Virus record (IMG/VR): IMGVR_UViG_3300028920_001037
Location: 11,063-75,062 of that record
Length of the DNA stretch: 64,000 bases
Strand: one strand, 5' to 3'
DNA from: a virus
Both the position numbers and the translations under genes were made by a program. The notes under the pieces were generated by a model. That model was not told the DNA's origin. It searched no databases and worked only from the letters and a program-made list of their open reading frames with translations. Each line of letters begins with the position of its first letter. The first letter of the stretch is position 1. Shown one piece after another: positions 44,592 to 55,030 of the stretch.

Positions 44592-44921
44592 TCATTTCTT
44601 TTTAAATAAGCCTATGATTTTTGAGAAGTTAATGAGAAGGTCGAGAGAATATTCTACAATTTGTTCTACTTTGTCATCTTGTAAATCTATTTCTTCCTTT
44701 ACCATATTACAAAGATCGGCTCTCTCATCGTCTGTAAGATCCATAAACTCTTCAGGAACTTCCTGTATTCCGTTAACTGCCTTGATTGCTTTAGGTAAAA
44801 GCTTGGTAACTTTTGGAAGAATAGTAAGAATGTTTAATTTCTTGCCCTTAAGTTCATCAACCATTTTTCCGGTAGCTGCTAAAAAAACTACTACATCTTT
44901 TGTTTCATCAATACCCTTCAT
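44592..44921 (-). CDS. Hypothetical late protein
   Basis: AAGGAGG RBS; late box at 44949-44956. Confidence 0.6.
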   Translation of the reverse strand: MKGIDETKDVVVFLAATGKMVDELKGKKLNILTILPKVTKLLPKAIKAVNGIQEVPEEFMDLTDDERADLCNMVKEEIDLQDDKVEQIVEYSLDLLINFSKIIGLFKKK

Positions 44922-44948
44922 AGAATCCTCCTTAGTTTGATTCTTATA

Positions 44949-44956
44949 TATTTATA
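44949..44956 (-). promoter_or_regulatory. T4-type late promoter
   Basis: TATAAATA. Confidence 0.6.
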
Positions 44957-44960
44957 TTTT

Positions 44961-45587
44961 TTATTTAGTTGCATCTTTAAATTTCTTATTCAATAATTTA
45001 ATAGCTTCTTCTATATTATCTGGTAAGGAAACATTTTCTAATAACATAAGTTTACAAAAAGCTCCACTAAATAAAAAATCAAAATCTTCCATTTTTAAAC
45101 TATTGTCTAACAAATCACCAAATATATCTATAACATCTTCTTTTGTTAAATCCCATTTTGGATAATTAGTTGGAATACAAGTTATGTTTTGTCTTGTATA
45201 TAATCTTGTTTTTACAGTTTCTATTGGGTTTCTAATTTTAATTCTTCTTATAGGACTTCCAGCATAAACGGAATCTTTATTTAATTTACCAGAAACCACA
45301 CTAGACATTCCTATTAAACACCTTCTTTCAATAGTTGTTCCCGGTACAATAGAAACTCCATATCCTATCCACACATCTTTCTCTATATTAGTTTTTAATC
45401 TTTCAATTGATATTCCATTTATTGGGCAATGTGTTGCAACAAAGGATCCTCCACCTAAAGTTGAATAATCTCCAATACTTACACATTTAAAATGTTGGTC
45501 TATTGTACCCCATATTCGGGCTCCTTTACCTATTTTGAAACCCATTTTTCTATATGATTCGTTTGTGTTGTGTGTTAGTGATGCCAT
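44961..45587 (-). CDS. Hexapeptide-repeat (LbH) acyltransferase
   Basis: IGKGARI, IGDYS, VWIG..V.I.PG, YAGSP. Confidence 0.8.
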   Translation of the reverse strand: MASLTHNTNESYRKMGFKIGKGARIWGTIDQHFKCVSIGDYSTLGGGSFVATHCPINGISIERLKTNIEKDVWIGYGVSIVPGTTIERRCLIGMSSVVSGKLNKDSVYAGSPIRRIKIRNPIETVKTRLYTRQNITCIPTNYPKWDLTKEDVIDIFGDLLDNSLKMEDFDFLFSGAFCKLMLLENVSLPDNIEEAIKLLNKKFKDATK

Positions 45588-46729
45588 TATTTACCCTTCT
45601 TATAATATGTTTCATTTATTTCTAAACCCATTCGATTACATCTTAATCCTTTATCAAAACACATTTTTTTACAATCCCAATTTGGATTATAATTATCCAT
45701 AATCATTTTATTAAATTCGTCTAAATCATAAGTTACCTTACCAATTCTACATTGTTTTCCGGTTGGTGTTGCAACTGTACTACATTTATATACATATCCA
45801 TCTGCACCAATTGTAATCTGATAATATCCATAAATACATTGTTTAAAATTAAACCTATCTACATCTGTAAATTCGGGTCCGGTATAAAATATATATGGTT
45901 TTTCATTTTGGTTTTTTGATAAATATGGTTCTAATCTATTATAATAATTATCATTATCCGGAAGCTCTCTATTATATTTATACTCTCTTACCTTATCAAA
46001 TGTTTGATTATAATTTGCAAAAGGAATGGAAAACCTTAAACTGTCGGCTCCTATTCTTTTAGCGTGTTCTACAATTGCTTTAAAGTTTTCATCATTATCA
46101 CTATCATGAGATATAAGATAACACATTCTTATAGCATGACTTGGTTTACCAACTTTATCACGAATACTAGCAGCCATTTCAAGACCCTTAATAATTTCAT
46201 CATTAAATATATAACTCTTTTTTGTTCCTTTAGTCTTAGCCCAAGACTCAGACAATCCAGCATCAATACTCACAGAAAGATAATCAACATCATCTGTTGA
46301 AATTCTATTCAACTCGGTCAAGAACCCTATACTATTTTCAAGTGTTGCTAAAAGACTTCCATTAGTGTGAATTCCAAAATGATTTCCATAATACTTAGTT
46401 GTTGCAAGATAAGCCATATAATATGGATTCATCATGGGTTCTGTATATGCACCGCCGTAAATATGGAAAGGAATTGCACCTTTAAGTTTGTGTAACAAAT
46501 CTAGCCCTTCAATTTCCCAATTTCCTAAAGATTTATCAAATAATTTTCCAGCGCAATGAGGACAATGAAGATTACAAGATCTTTTATGATCGGCTGGTAA
46601 ATGTATTTCAAACTGTCTTGGATACACTAATTTACCATTAAAAAATACATCTTCATTATTGTTAAGATGTTTCATTAGCTGTTTATAATAATGATAAACT
46701 TCTGGTCTTGTATCTTTCATTTTATTCAT
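45587..46729 (-). CDS. Radical SAM protein with SPASM/twitch-like C-terminus
   Basis: CNLHCPHC, GG..TEP, TNG, SIDA, C......I..DG.VY.C. Confidence 0.85.
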   Translation of the reverse strand: MNKMKDTRPEVYHYYKQLMKHLNNNEDVFFNGKLVYPRQFEIHLPADHKRSCNLHCPHCAGKLFDKSLGNWEIEGLDLLHKLKGAIPFHIYGGAYTEPMMNPYYMAYLATTKYYGNHFGIHTNGSLLATLENSIGFLTELNRISTDDVDYLSVSIDAGLSESWAKTKGTKKSYIFNDEIIKGLEMAASIRDKVGKPSHAIRMCYLISHDSDNDENFKAIVEHAKRIGADSLRFSIPFANYNQTFDKVREYKYNRELPDNDNYYNRLEPYLSKNQNEKPYIFYTGPEFTDVDRFNFKQCIYGYYQITIGADGYVYKCSTVATPTGKQCRIGKVTYDLDEFNKMIMDNYNPNWDCKKMCFDKGLRCNRMGLEINETYYKKGK

Positions 46730-48386
46730 CCTTTAAAAAATTGTTCATATAATTTAGAAAATTAACTAGTTCATCTTTCTTGCATTTATAAACTTTCTCA
46801 AAAAAATCATCCCATATTGGTTGAGTTTTTTTCCAACTAAAATTTTCTTCAACATAATTACGGTTTCTTATTCCAACTTCTTTTCTTTTTCTATGATTTT
46901 TAAACAAATAATTTAATCTTTCATTTACCTGTTTAACTACTTTTTCTTCTGGGTTTACATCAACTATCCATTCCTTACCAAGAAGCATACTTATACAACC
47001 AACATTAGTTGCAATGACTGGTAATCCCATTGACATTGCTTCTAATATAACTCTAGGCATACATTCAGTGTTACTAAGTAAAATTAAAACATCAATAGAT
47101 TTATAAAATTCTTTCATATGGTCTTGTGTTTTCTTAGTCCAAAATTTACTTCCCCAATCACATTTTTTAATAACAGGAAAATCTAATCTTGAAAATAAAT
47201 GTATTCTTTTCAAAGGAACTGTACTTCCAGCATATCCAACATTAAATCTTTTTTTATCAAAAATTACATCAGAAGAAAAATAATTTGTATCAATTGATTC
47301 GGGTAAAAATACTATCGGTTTTTTATAATTCTTCTTTGCAAAATCATATGTTTCTGGTGATATTGTTGCTATAACATCGGCATATGGATATGTAGAATTA
47401 ACCATTCCACCATAACCACCAACAATGGGAATACCCCTATCCCTGCAGTTTTGTATCAATACATCTGTAGTCTTAGGATGCATATCAGGGCCATGAAAAT
47501 ACATTACATCTATATTATCTAAATTGACTGTTACTTCATTATATTTTTGTAAAATAATATTATGTTTTGTATATCTTTGCTGTTCTATACCAATATAATA
47601 ATAAGCCCAACCCCATTGGTCTATAATTTTAACTATGTTTAATTTTTTTGGTCTTTCATTCATAAATGTCTTTATTTTTATAAATTCATCTTTTTTACCA
47701 TCAACATAGCTTTTTTCTTCATTGTCTATATCTTTTTTAATAATACTAGTATATGCACCAAGTAGTGCATATAAATTTTTTTTAGATGGATTTTTCTGTA
47801 AAATTCTTAACAGTTTATTAGGTATATTAGCTAACCAACTATATTCATATTTTTTATATTTTTCCATCAAATTATAATATCTTTCAAATATATTATCATC
47901 TGTCCACTTAGGACTATGATCTCCCAACACTATTTCTTTAGTTATAAATTTATAACCACGACTTTTCATTCTATTAGTCTGTTCAACCTCACACGAAAGA
48001 CACGATAAGTTATATGGAAAATTTTTAAATATTTTATGTTTATATATTTTGACTCCATCTATAATAAAATCTAAATGAATATCTTTAAGTTTAAAACATA
48101 TCATTGCTTCTTTTTTATCAGAATTGATTATAGCATTATACATAGTTTCAATAGAATTAGGATACATAATCATATCATCATCAACCTGAATATAATATGG
48201 CGTTTTACAATTATCAATCATTTTTTGAAATGCTCTAGACATTGGATAAAAATTTCTAATAACAACAATATTAAATATTGAATTTTGACTTTTTAAAGCC
48301 TCGATACAATCATTATAATTAACACTTCTATCAGTTGTAATAACAAAAACTGTTAACTCGTTTGTCAAATCAATACTAGACATCAA
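46722..48386 (-). CDS. Bifunctional glycosyltransferase (GT2-like plus GT4-like)
   Basis: QVDDDM; S..E..PRVILEAMS.GLPVIAT.VG, FSW. Confidence 0.8.
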   Translation of the reverse strand: MMSSIDLTNELTVFVITTDRSVNYNDCIEALKSQNSIFNIVVIRNFYPMSRAFQKMIDNCKTPYYIQVDDDMIMYPNSIETMYNAIINSDKKEAMICFKLKDIHLDFIIDGVKIYKHKIFKNFPYNLSCLSCEVEQTNRMKSRGYKFITKEIVLGDHSPKWTDDNIFERYYNLMEKYKKYEYSWLANIPNKLLRILQKNPSKKNLYALLGAYTSIIKKDIDNEEKSYVDGKKDEFIKIKTFMNERPKKLNIVKIIDQWGWAYYYIGIEQQRYTKHNIILQKYNEVTVNLDNIDVMYFHGPDMHPKTTDVLIQNCRDRGIPIVGGYGGMVNSTYPYADVIATISPETYDFAKKNYKKPIVFLPESIDTNYFSSDVIFDKKRFNVGYAGSTVPLKRIHLFSRLDFPVIKKCDWGSKFWTKKTQDHMKEFYKSIDVLILLSNTECMPRVILEAMSMGLPVIATNVGCISMLLGKEWIVDVNPEEKVVKQVNERLNYLFKNHRKRKEVGIRNRNYVEENFSWKKTQPIWDDFFEKVYKCKKDELVNFLNYMNNFLKDE

Positions 48387-48402
48387 ATTATCCTTTAAAA
48401 AA

Positions 48403-49389
48403 CTATAACCATTTTTCTTTTACCGCATTCAAAACTTTTAATACTCTTTGTTTTGTGGTATGATTTTCAGCAATTAATTGTTTACCATTCCAAGCAATTA
48501 ATTCAGCTTTTGGATTATTAAGCCAATTAAACTGACTATTAAAATTATCATAATTAATAGGTATATAATTTTCATATTCTATTAAACCTAATTCATTAAA
48601 GTCTTTTGTTTTTTCTAAGAATCCCAAACAACCCATTCCTAACGATTCATAAACCTTTTTTAATGTATAATCCAATGGATGTTTAATCTTTGGGTCATAT
48701 CCAGGACTTCCACCAGAAGCCGTTGTAGCTATCATTCCTTTAAATGTAGCTATATATTCAAGAAAATTCTTTCCATGATATTTGTGTAAATACTTACCAT
48801 TATTATAATCTTCTTTTCTACCAGTATTATAACCGCTATGCGGTAAAATTTCAAGTAAGGAATGGGGTGATGCTTTAATTATTTGTCTTAATTTATAAAA
48901 CTTACTATCAGCACCTGAAAATAAAATATTGTGTTTTTTTTGATTCCATTGAATATTAAAATCTATCATTCTTTCGGGTAACCACCAGAACAAAGAAACA
49001 AATTTATTTTTAAATTCTTTAAAAACATCATATGCTATAGTAGTTCTATAATACGGCGTGAAAATTAAGTCATGTTCTTTAAATAATTTTAATCTCATTT
49101 GTAACTGTGATAAATACCACCAATGTATATCTGTAATTAATATAGCTTTTTTAATTGATTTAGAATTATCATTTAAACCATTACCCCAGTAATTTAAAAT
49201 TCCATCAACTTGTACTCCAGATTTAATTAATTCTTTTGATGATACATTTTCATGATATACAATATCAATACCCATTGTATTAGCTAAATCATTATATTTT
49301 CTTAAACCTTCAAATAAATCTGTAACATTTAAAGATAAATCATTTATAAAGCTATTAAAATTCAATACGTGTAATTTAAACATTATCAT
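48403..49389 (-). CDS. GT-B glycosyltransferase (Glyco_trans_1_2-like)
   Basis: Y.LR, HSGY, K.YE..G.GCL, IA.NG..LI..NHT..QR; paralogous to 30716-31642. Confidence 0.65.
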   Translation of the reverse strand: MIMFKLHVLNFNSFINDLSLNVTDLFEGLRKYNDLANTMGIDIVYHENVSSKELIKSGVQVDGILNYWGNGLNDNSKSIKKAILITDIHWWYLSQLQMRLKLFKEHDLIFTPYYRTTIAYDVFKEFKNKFVSLFWWLPERMIDFNIQWNQKKHNILFSGADSKFYKLRQIIKASPHSLLEILPHSGYNTGRKEDYNNGKYLHKYHGKNFLEYIATFKGMIATTASGGSPGYDPKIKHPLDYTLKKVYESLGMGCLGFLEKTKDFNELGLIEYENYIPINYDNFNSQFNWLNNPKAELIAWNGKQLIAENHTTKQRVLKVLNAVKEKWL

Positions 49390-49814
49390 TTTCCTTTAAA
49401 CTGTTTCATGTGTTCAATAAACTTTTGATGCCTTTTTAAATCTTTTGAATTTTCGTTTAATTTTCTAACAATTCTTGGTGGATTTCCAACAACTAATGAC
49501 CAATCTGGAATTGAATGAGCTTTAGTAACAACCGTTCTTGCTCCTACAACACAATTGTTTCCTATAACAGAACCCGGTAATATTAAAGCATTCCAGCCAA
49601 TATAACAATTATCACCAATCATAATTGAATTCCATTCACTAGAATAACCATGACATAATAAATAAGCCTGTGAAGCTATTAAACAACCAGAACCAATTGT
49701 AATAAGTTCAGGTTTATCTAAATCCAATATTCCAAATATTAAAGTACCATCACCTATTTTTGCTCCTCTTGATCTGGCTTCACTAGCTTTAATTATTGGG
49801 TTATTATTTGACAT
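49386..49814 (-). CDS. Hexapeptide-repeat (LbH) acyltransferase
   Basis: IGDNCYIG..A.ILPG..IG.NCVVGA, VGNP. Confidence 0.85.
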   Translation of the reverse strand: MSNNNPIIKASEARSRGAKIGDGTLIFGILDLDKPELITIGSGCLIASQAYLLCHGYSSEWNSIMIGDNCYIGWNALILPGSVIGNNCVVGARTVVTKAHSIPDWSLVVGNPPRIVRKLNENSKDLKRHQKFIEHMKQFKGK

Positions 49815-49816
49815 TT

Positions 49817-50401
49817 TTATTCCTTATAATAATTAAAATCATCCTTATATATATCTTTTATAACTTTCTTCATTTCTTCATCATATAAAGACATATAATC
49901 TTTTTTATTTTTAGTTGCGTTTAAATGTGGTAATTGTTGATCAACTTTTAATAAATTAGTTAGTTTTTTCCAATCTTCTTGTAAATTTTCATATTTACCT
50001 ATAAAATCTAATTTATATTGGTCATGATTTATAAAATAATTTAAAGGTAAAATATGATAAAATTGTTTGGATAATTCATATTTTATTTTATAATCAATTT
50101 TTTCAGGTAAAAATTTATATAAATTTAAAACAAAATCTTTAAATGTTTTACTTTCTGAAAACATTTTTTTCTGCACATAAGTTTGAATCTTTGTTCCATA
50201 ATATGCTGATGCTATTCTAGTATATGGATTTCTTATGAATGCCCATTTTATAAAATTAGGATTAAAATTACTTTCTTTAGATATATTATAAAAATTAATA
50301 TGGCCGTTTCCACCTACAAAATACAAATGTTCCATCGATGATCCAGCACATTTAGGTATGTGTATAAACATATTTTTATATTCAACATTAATAAAAGACA
50401 T
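49817..50401 (-). CDS. Sulfotransferase (Sulfotransfer_2-like)
   Basis: PAPS-binding motifs FIHIPKCAGSS and FIRNPY.R..SAY; GKYENLQEDW, Y..DF. Confidence 0.82.
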   Translation of the reverse strand: MSFINVEYKNMFIHIPKCAGSSMEHLYFVGGNGHINFYNISKESNFNPNFIKWAFIRNPYTRIASAYYGTKIQTYVQKKMFSESKTFKDFVLNLYKFLPEKIDYKIKYELSKQFYHILPLNYFINHDQYKLDFIGKYENLQEDWKKLTNLLKVDQQLPHLNATKNKKDYMSLYDEEMKKVIKDIYKDDFNYYKE

Positions 50402-51096
50402 TATCCACCTTTATAAAATTCTTTATGTTTAATTTTTAACTGTTCTTTAATTTCATTAACATGAAGATGAGAAACAGAATCGATCATAGTTTCGTTTGTT
50501 CTTCTATATAGTAAATGTGTTTTTTCACATTTTTTAAAATTAAATCCTAATTTAGCTGCTCTTAACCAAAAATCATAATCTTCAGAACCATATATAAAAG
50601 ATTCATCATATCCACCAACTTTTTCCCATACTTCTCGTCTATACATAGCAGCACAATGAATAAAATTATTTTGCCTTAATATTTCTATATTAAAATTAGG
50701 CCAATTAAATCGTTTATTTATTGTACCAAAACATTGTGAATCTGAATATGAAATGTCTACTCCATTATCTATAATTTTAATATTCTCTTGAATATAATTA
50801 TCGGGAATTAAATCATCGGCATCTAAACATATTATATAATTACCATTTGAATTTTTAATACCTTTGTTTCTTGTATAAGGAAGTTTTTTATTAATATCAT
50901 TTTTAATAACCTTACAAAAATTAAAAGTCTGTTCTAATTTTTTAGCTATCTCAAAAGAGTTATCTGTACTTGCATCATCAACTATAATTATCTCAATATC
51001 CAAATCAGTTACATTATTAATTACTGATTTAACACATTCTTCAAGATACTTACCATAATTATAACAGGGTATTATTATTGACATTAAATTGTTCAT
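50401..51096 (-). CDS. GT2 glycosyltransferase
   Basis: IIIPCYN, VDDASTD, RN.GI, LDADD, GGYDE, EDYDFW. Confidence 0.92.
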   Translation of the reverse strand: MNNLMSIIIPCYNYGKYLEECVKSVINNVTDLDIEIIIVDDASTDNSFEIAKKLEQTFNFCKVIKNDINKKLPYTRNKGIKNSNGNYIICLDADDLIPDNYIQENIKIIDNGVDISYSDSQCFGTINKRFNWPNFNIEILRQNNFIHCAAMYRREVWEKVGGYDESFIYGSEDYDFWLRAAKLGFNFKKCEKTHLLYRRTNETMIDSVSHLHVNEIKEQLKIKHKEFYKGG

Positions 51097-51815
51097 TAAT
51101 GACTTCCACTATAATAATATAAAGGCGCATCTATGACTACATGAGATTTAAGATAGTATAATGCTTCCATATTAAACTCATAATCTTCTGTTTTTGTTCT
51201 TGGATGTGGCGCAAAAAGCAATTCATTTGGACCTTTCCATTTTATTTTTTGTAAAACTTCTTTTCTAATAGATACTATACCAGCATGTACCGGAAAATTA
51301 AAACCGCCACCAAAAGCTCCGGTATATTTTAAACAATCTGTTAACTTATTTTCTGGAAAATAACGATTATAAAGTTCATTAGAATATACTTCTTTAATTT
51401 TATCAAAATTATTATTAATTTTTTCATTATTAAGTACAAAAGAATGATTTAATAATAAAATTTTAGAATCATTTTCAAAATATTTTTTAACTATTTCAAC
51501 TCTTCTTTTATGTGGCAAATCATCATCATCTTGATATAAAATAATATCACCGCTACATAAATTAGCAGCCATTTGTCTATTTGGCCCGGCATATAATCTT
51601 TCTTTTATTAAATTTAACATTACTTTATCATGATATTTATTTACAAAATTATTAATAATTATAGGATCTATTTGTTGAAACATAGACAAATTAACAATAA
51701 TTTCATCTGGTTTAATAGTTCCGTTTAAATAAATATCAACAATGTTAAAAACATTATTAAAATTTTTAGGAATACTTGGTATAAAAATTGATGTTTTCAC
51801 ATTTTCTCTTTTCAT
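51096..51815 (-). CDS. GT2-like glycosyltransferase
   Basis: PDEII, AG.NR, YQDDDD..H..R, ED..F. Confidence 0.72.
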   Translation of the reverse strand: MKRENVKTSIFIPSIPKNFNNVFNIVDIYLNGTIKPDEIIVNLSMFQQIDPIIINNFVNKYHDKVMLNLIKERLYAGPNRQMAANLCSGDIILYQDDDDLPHKRRVEIVKKYFENDSKILLLNHSFVLNNEKINNNFDKIKEVYSNELYNRYFPENKLTDCLKYTGAFGGGFNFPVHAGIVSIRKEVLQKIKWKGPNELLFAPHPRTKTEDYEFNMEALYYLKSHVVIDAPLYYYSGSH

Positions 51816-52921
51816 TTTGTTTTGTAATTATTTAGAACCTTTATTAGTTGGTCTATATCATCGTCCATAAAAGGGTGTATTGGTAAACTTATGGCATGGT
51901 CACAATAAAAATTTGTTCTTTTATTTTCATATGGTGTTAAAAACATCTTCATTTTTTCAATTGGGATTGGATAATGAATATTTGATTGTACATCATTTTC
52001 ATTCAAATAATTTTGAAAGTGTTCTCTGCTTTCTACTGTTACAAATAACACATGGTAAACATTATTTGTGCAATAATGTGGAGTTTTCATAAATGTTAAG
52101 TTTGAATTAACAGTCTCTGTAATTATTCTTTTCGCAAATTCAGTTCTTCTTTTATTCCATTCATCAAGATATTTTAATTTTTCATCTAGTATTATTGCTT
52201 GTATCGTATCCAGTCTGTGATTATGCCCTAGTGTTACATGATTAAATTTTTCTATAAAACCAATATTTCTTTTTTTTAAAATTATATTATAAAATTTATC
52301 ACTATTAGTAGTTATAACACCAGCGTCTCCAAATGCTCCTAGGTTCTTTCCTGGATAACAAGAGAATCCATTTACAACACCAATATTACCAACCTTTATA
52401 TTATTACACTCAGCACCATGAGCTTGTGAACAATCTTCTACAATGAAAGCATTATACTTTTTAGCAATTTTCGATAACGAATCTATATCACATGCCATAC
52501 CAAACATATGTACAGGAGTAATAATACAATCATCCCAATTATTTCTGTTTTCTTTTAATATTTGTTCAAGAGCTTTACAATCCATCTCATAATATTCATC
52601 AACATCACAAAAAATTATATCAGCATTTGGATAAGAGTATTTCGCAGCCATAGCAGTCGCCACATATGTATTTGCTTGAATTATAATACCAACTTTACCT
52701 TGAAGTTCTAAACTCTCATAACATAATTTTAAAGCATCAGTACCATTTGATACACCAATAGCATATTTTGTTCCTATAAATTTTGCAAAGTTTTCTTCAA
52801 ATATCTTAACATCAGGTCCCAAAATATAAGAACTCGTTACAAACAAATTTTCAAGGCGCTTATTAGCTGATTCTTTTATATAATTCCATTGTTTATTTAA
52901 GTCATTAAATCTTATCATCAT
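51812..52921 (-). CDS. DegT/DnrJ/EryC1/StrS sugar aminotransferase
   Basis: SNGTDAL, PVH.FG, EDCSQAHG, FSCYPGKNLGAFGDAG (PLP Lys), N.RLD..QA. Confidence 0.92.
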   Translation of the reverse strand: MMIRFNDLNKQWNYIKESANKRLENLFVTSSYILGPDVKIFEENFAKFIGTKYAIGVSNGTDALKLCYESLELQGKVGIIIQANTYVATAMAAKYSYPNADIIFCDVDEYYEMDCKALEQILKENRNNWDDCIITPVHMFGMACDIDSLSKIAKKYNAFIVEDCSQAHGAECNNIKVGNIGVVNGFSCYPGKNLGAFGDAGVITTNSDKFYNIILKKRNIGFIEKFNHVTLGHNHRLDTIQAIILDEKLKYLDEWNKRRTEFAKRIITETVNSNLTFMKTPHYCTNNVYHVLFVTVESREHFQNYLNENDVQSNIHYPIPIEKMKMFLTPYENKRTNFYCDHAISLPIHPFMDDDIDQLIKVLNNYKTK

Positions 52922-53763
52922 GCCTCCAATATTTGTGTAATTGAATTTGTTAAATCTTCCTGTTCAAAATTACTGCTTAAAAATGTCTTAATAGATTTAA
53001 TTAGTGGTGATTCTAAGTTTAATATCTCTTTTGAATAATCTTGATGTTGTCCTTTTAGTTTTTGACTGTTATCATCCCAAACGATAATATCTTTATCAAA
53101 CTCAAAAACACATCTGCGGTCTTTCTGTGAATAACACCAACTTGCATTAATCAATACATCAAAATCTTCATATTCAATAATGCCAAACGTACTATCTTCT
53201 TGATATGACCTTTTATTTCGCTTAAAATTATACCACTTGACTATTTTAGGTATTTTATTAAAAATAAATTGTATAATAGAAACATCATGAGAAGCCAAGT
53301 CCCATTTAGCATTTGTATCCATTCTTTCTGGACCTGAATTTATTCTGTTCATAGTAATACTTCTAATTTTACCCAACCGACCAGACTCATATAATTCCTT
53401 TAAAAATAAGACTGATGAATTAAATGTAAATATCCAATCAACAAAAAGTTTACAATTATTTTGTTTTGCTAATTCGTATAGCTCAGTAACAGTATACTTA
53501 TTTTCAGTAAGAGGTTTTTCACAAAATACATTCTTTTTATTGGCAAGGAAATATTTACAGATTTCATAATGTTGTGTAAATGGAGCAACGATAAAAATAT
53601 TATCACATTGCAATAATTCAAATACATCGGTCACAGTAGTATGTCCGTTGTATAATCCATTTTCTAAATATTTATCATAGATTATAATGTCATCGGTAAT
53701 GGTTTCTAAGTTCTTTAATAGAATTTTTCCCCAATACCCTAAACCAACTAATCCTAATTTCAT
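52918..53763 (-). CDS. Gfo/Idh/MocA oxidoreductase (WbpB-like)
   Basis: GLGYWG, CEKP, WDLASHD. Confidence 0.85.
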   Translation of the reverse strand: MKLGLVGLGYWGKILLKNLETITDDIIIYDKYLENGLYNGHTTVTDVFELLQCDNIFIVAPFTQHYEICKYFLANKKNVFCEKPLTENKYTVTELYELAKQNNCKLFVDWIFTFNSSVLFLKELYESGRLGKIRSITMNRINSGPERMDTNAKWDLASHDVSIIQFIFNKIPKIVKWYNFKRNKRSYQEDSTFGIIEYEDFDVLINASWCYSQKDRRCVFEFDKDIIVWDDNSQKLKGQHQDYSKEILNLESPLIKSIKTFLSSNFEQEDLTNSITQILEA

Positions 53764-53816
53764 ATTTTTCTTTCCTTTTTATACATTTCTTAATACCTTC
53801 ATTTCATATATCATAT

Positions 53817-54251
53817 CTATTCTTTTTTACTCAATACTTTAGCTGGATTGCCTGCAACTATCACATTATCTGGAATATCTTTTGTTACAACTGCACCAGC
53901 TCCTATTATCACATTATCACCTATTGTTACTGGTAATATAGTTGCATTTGACCCTATTCTTACGTTATTACCTATTTTTGTATATTTTATTTTCCAATTT
54001 GAATAATGATCAGAATCAGAAAACAAATCATTAATAAACATAACGCCGTGTCCAATAAAACAATCATGTCCAATAGTCACACCTTCGCAAATAAACGAAT
54101 GACTACTAATCTTTGTGTTTTTATCTATAAATACTCTTTTTTGAATTTCAACAAAAGGGCCAATAACACAGTTTTCTTTTATTGTACAACCATATAAGTT
54201 AACTAAATATGGGTTAATAATATTTACAGACTTGTCTATATTCAATTTCAT
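53817..54251 (-). CDS. Sugar N-acetyltransferase (WbpD/QdtC-like LbH)
   Basis: NLYGC.I, FVEIQK, ISSHSFICEGV, GHGVMFIND, IGSNATILP, AGNPA. Confidence 0.88.
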   Translation of the reverse strand: MKLNIDKSVNIINPYLVNLYGCTIKENCVIGPFVEIQKRVFIDKNTKISSHSFICEGVTIGHDCFIGHGVMFINDLFSDSDHYSNWKIKYTKIGNNVRIGSNATILPVTIGDNVIIGAGAVVTKDIPDNVIVAGNPAKVLSKKE

Positions 54252-55030
54252 AATTTATCAATTTCCTTTTGAACTATATTTGCCCAATAATTATATGTTA
54301 GTTTCTCTCTATCAAATGGCTGATTTTGTTTCTCTCGTATCTTAGATTTTAACAGTTCTTCATTCCTTAAATCATTATAATTTTCCAATAACAATATAGG
54401 AAAATTAAACCACAATTTTTCATACATTCTTCTGTTAAAAGTTATTGGTATTCTACCCAAGTATAAAGTTTCATAAATTCTATGATTATCTCCGGGCCCA
54501 TTACCTTGAGCGCAAACAACTGCTTCGTGTTCTAATATCTGTTGTAAAAAATGTTCGTATTCTTGTCCATACTCTCCCCATGTTATGAAACTCATTTCTT
54601 GACAAATATTTCTTACTGGAACTCTTTCATATATATTTGTATTAATATTAAAATTAGCATATATAAATTTTGTTGGTTGTTGTTGAAGACCAATATATCT
54701 TTGTATTATTTTTTCTTTTGGTATAGCATGTGGCCATACAATACCATGTTGCATATTATTAATTTTACATGGAACCGCACTTTCTATACCTAATGGTAAA
54801 GGAATGATTCTATCATCATCAACCAAAGCATTTTGTGCAAACCATTTTATTATATTTTTTGGAAATATATTTTGTTGTACATAATGATCTGAATTGCCTG
54901 AAATCAAAATAACATTATGTTTTTTGATTGAAATTTCCTTCAAAACCAATCCTAGTCTATTCATATGCGTAAAAATAACATTCTCACCATTATGAAAATG
55001 GCTAAATTTATTAAATTGAATTGTGTTCAT
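54248..55030 (-). CDS. Exostosin (GT47)-like glycosyltransferase
   Basis: WFAQN, PLG, C..GNG..D.HR.YE.LYLG.IPI. Confidence 0.68.
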   Translation of the reverse strand: MNTIQFNKFSHFHNGENVIFTHMNRLGLVLKEISIKKHNVILISGNSDHYVQQNIFPKNIIKWFAQNALVDDDRIIPLPLGIESAVPCKINNMQHGIVWPHAIPKEKIIQRYIGLQQQPTKFIYANFNINTNIYERVPVRNICQEMSFITWGEYGQEYEHFLQQILEHEAVVCAQGNGPGDNHRIYETLYLGRIPITFNRRMYEKLWFNFPILLLENYNDLRNEELLKSKIREKQNQPFDREKLTYNYWANIVQKEIDKL

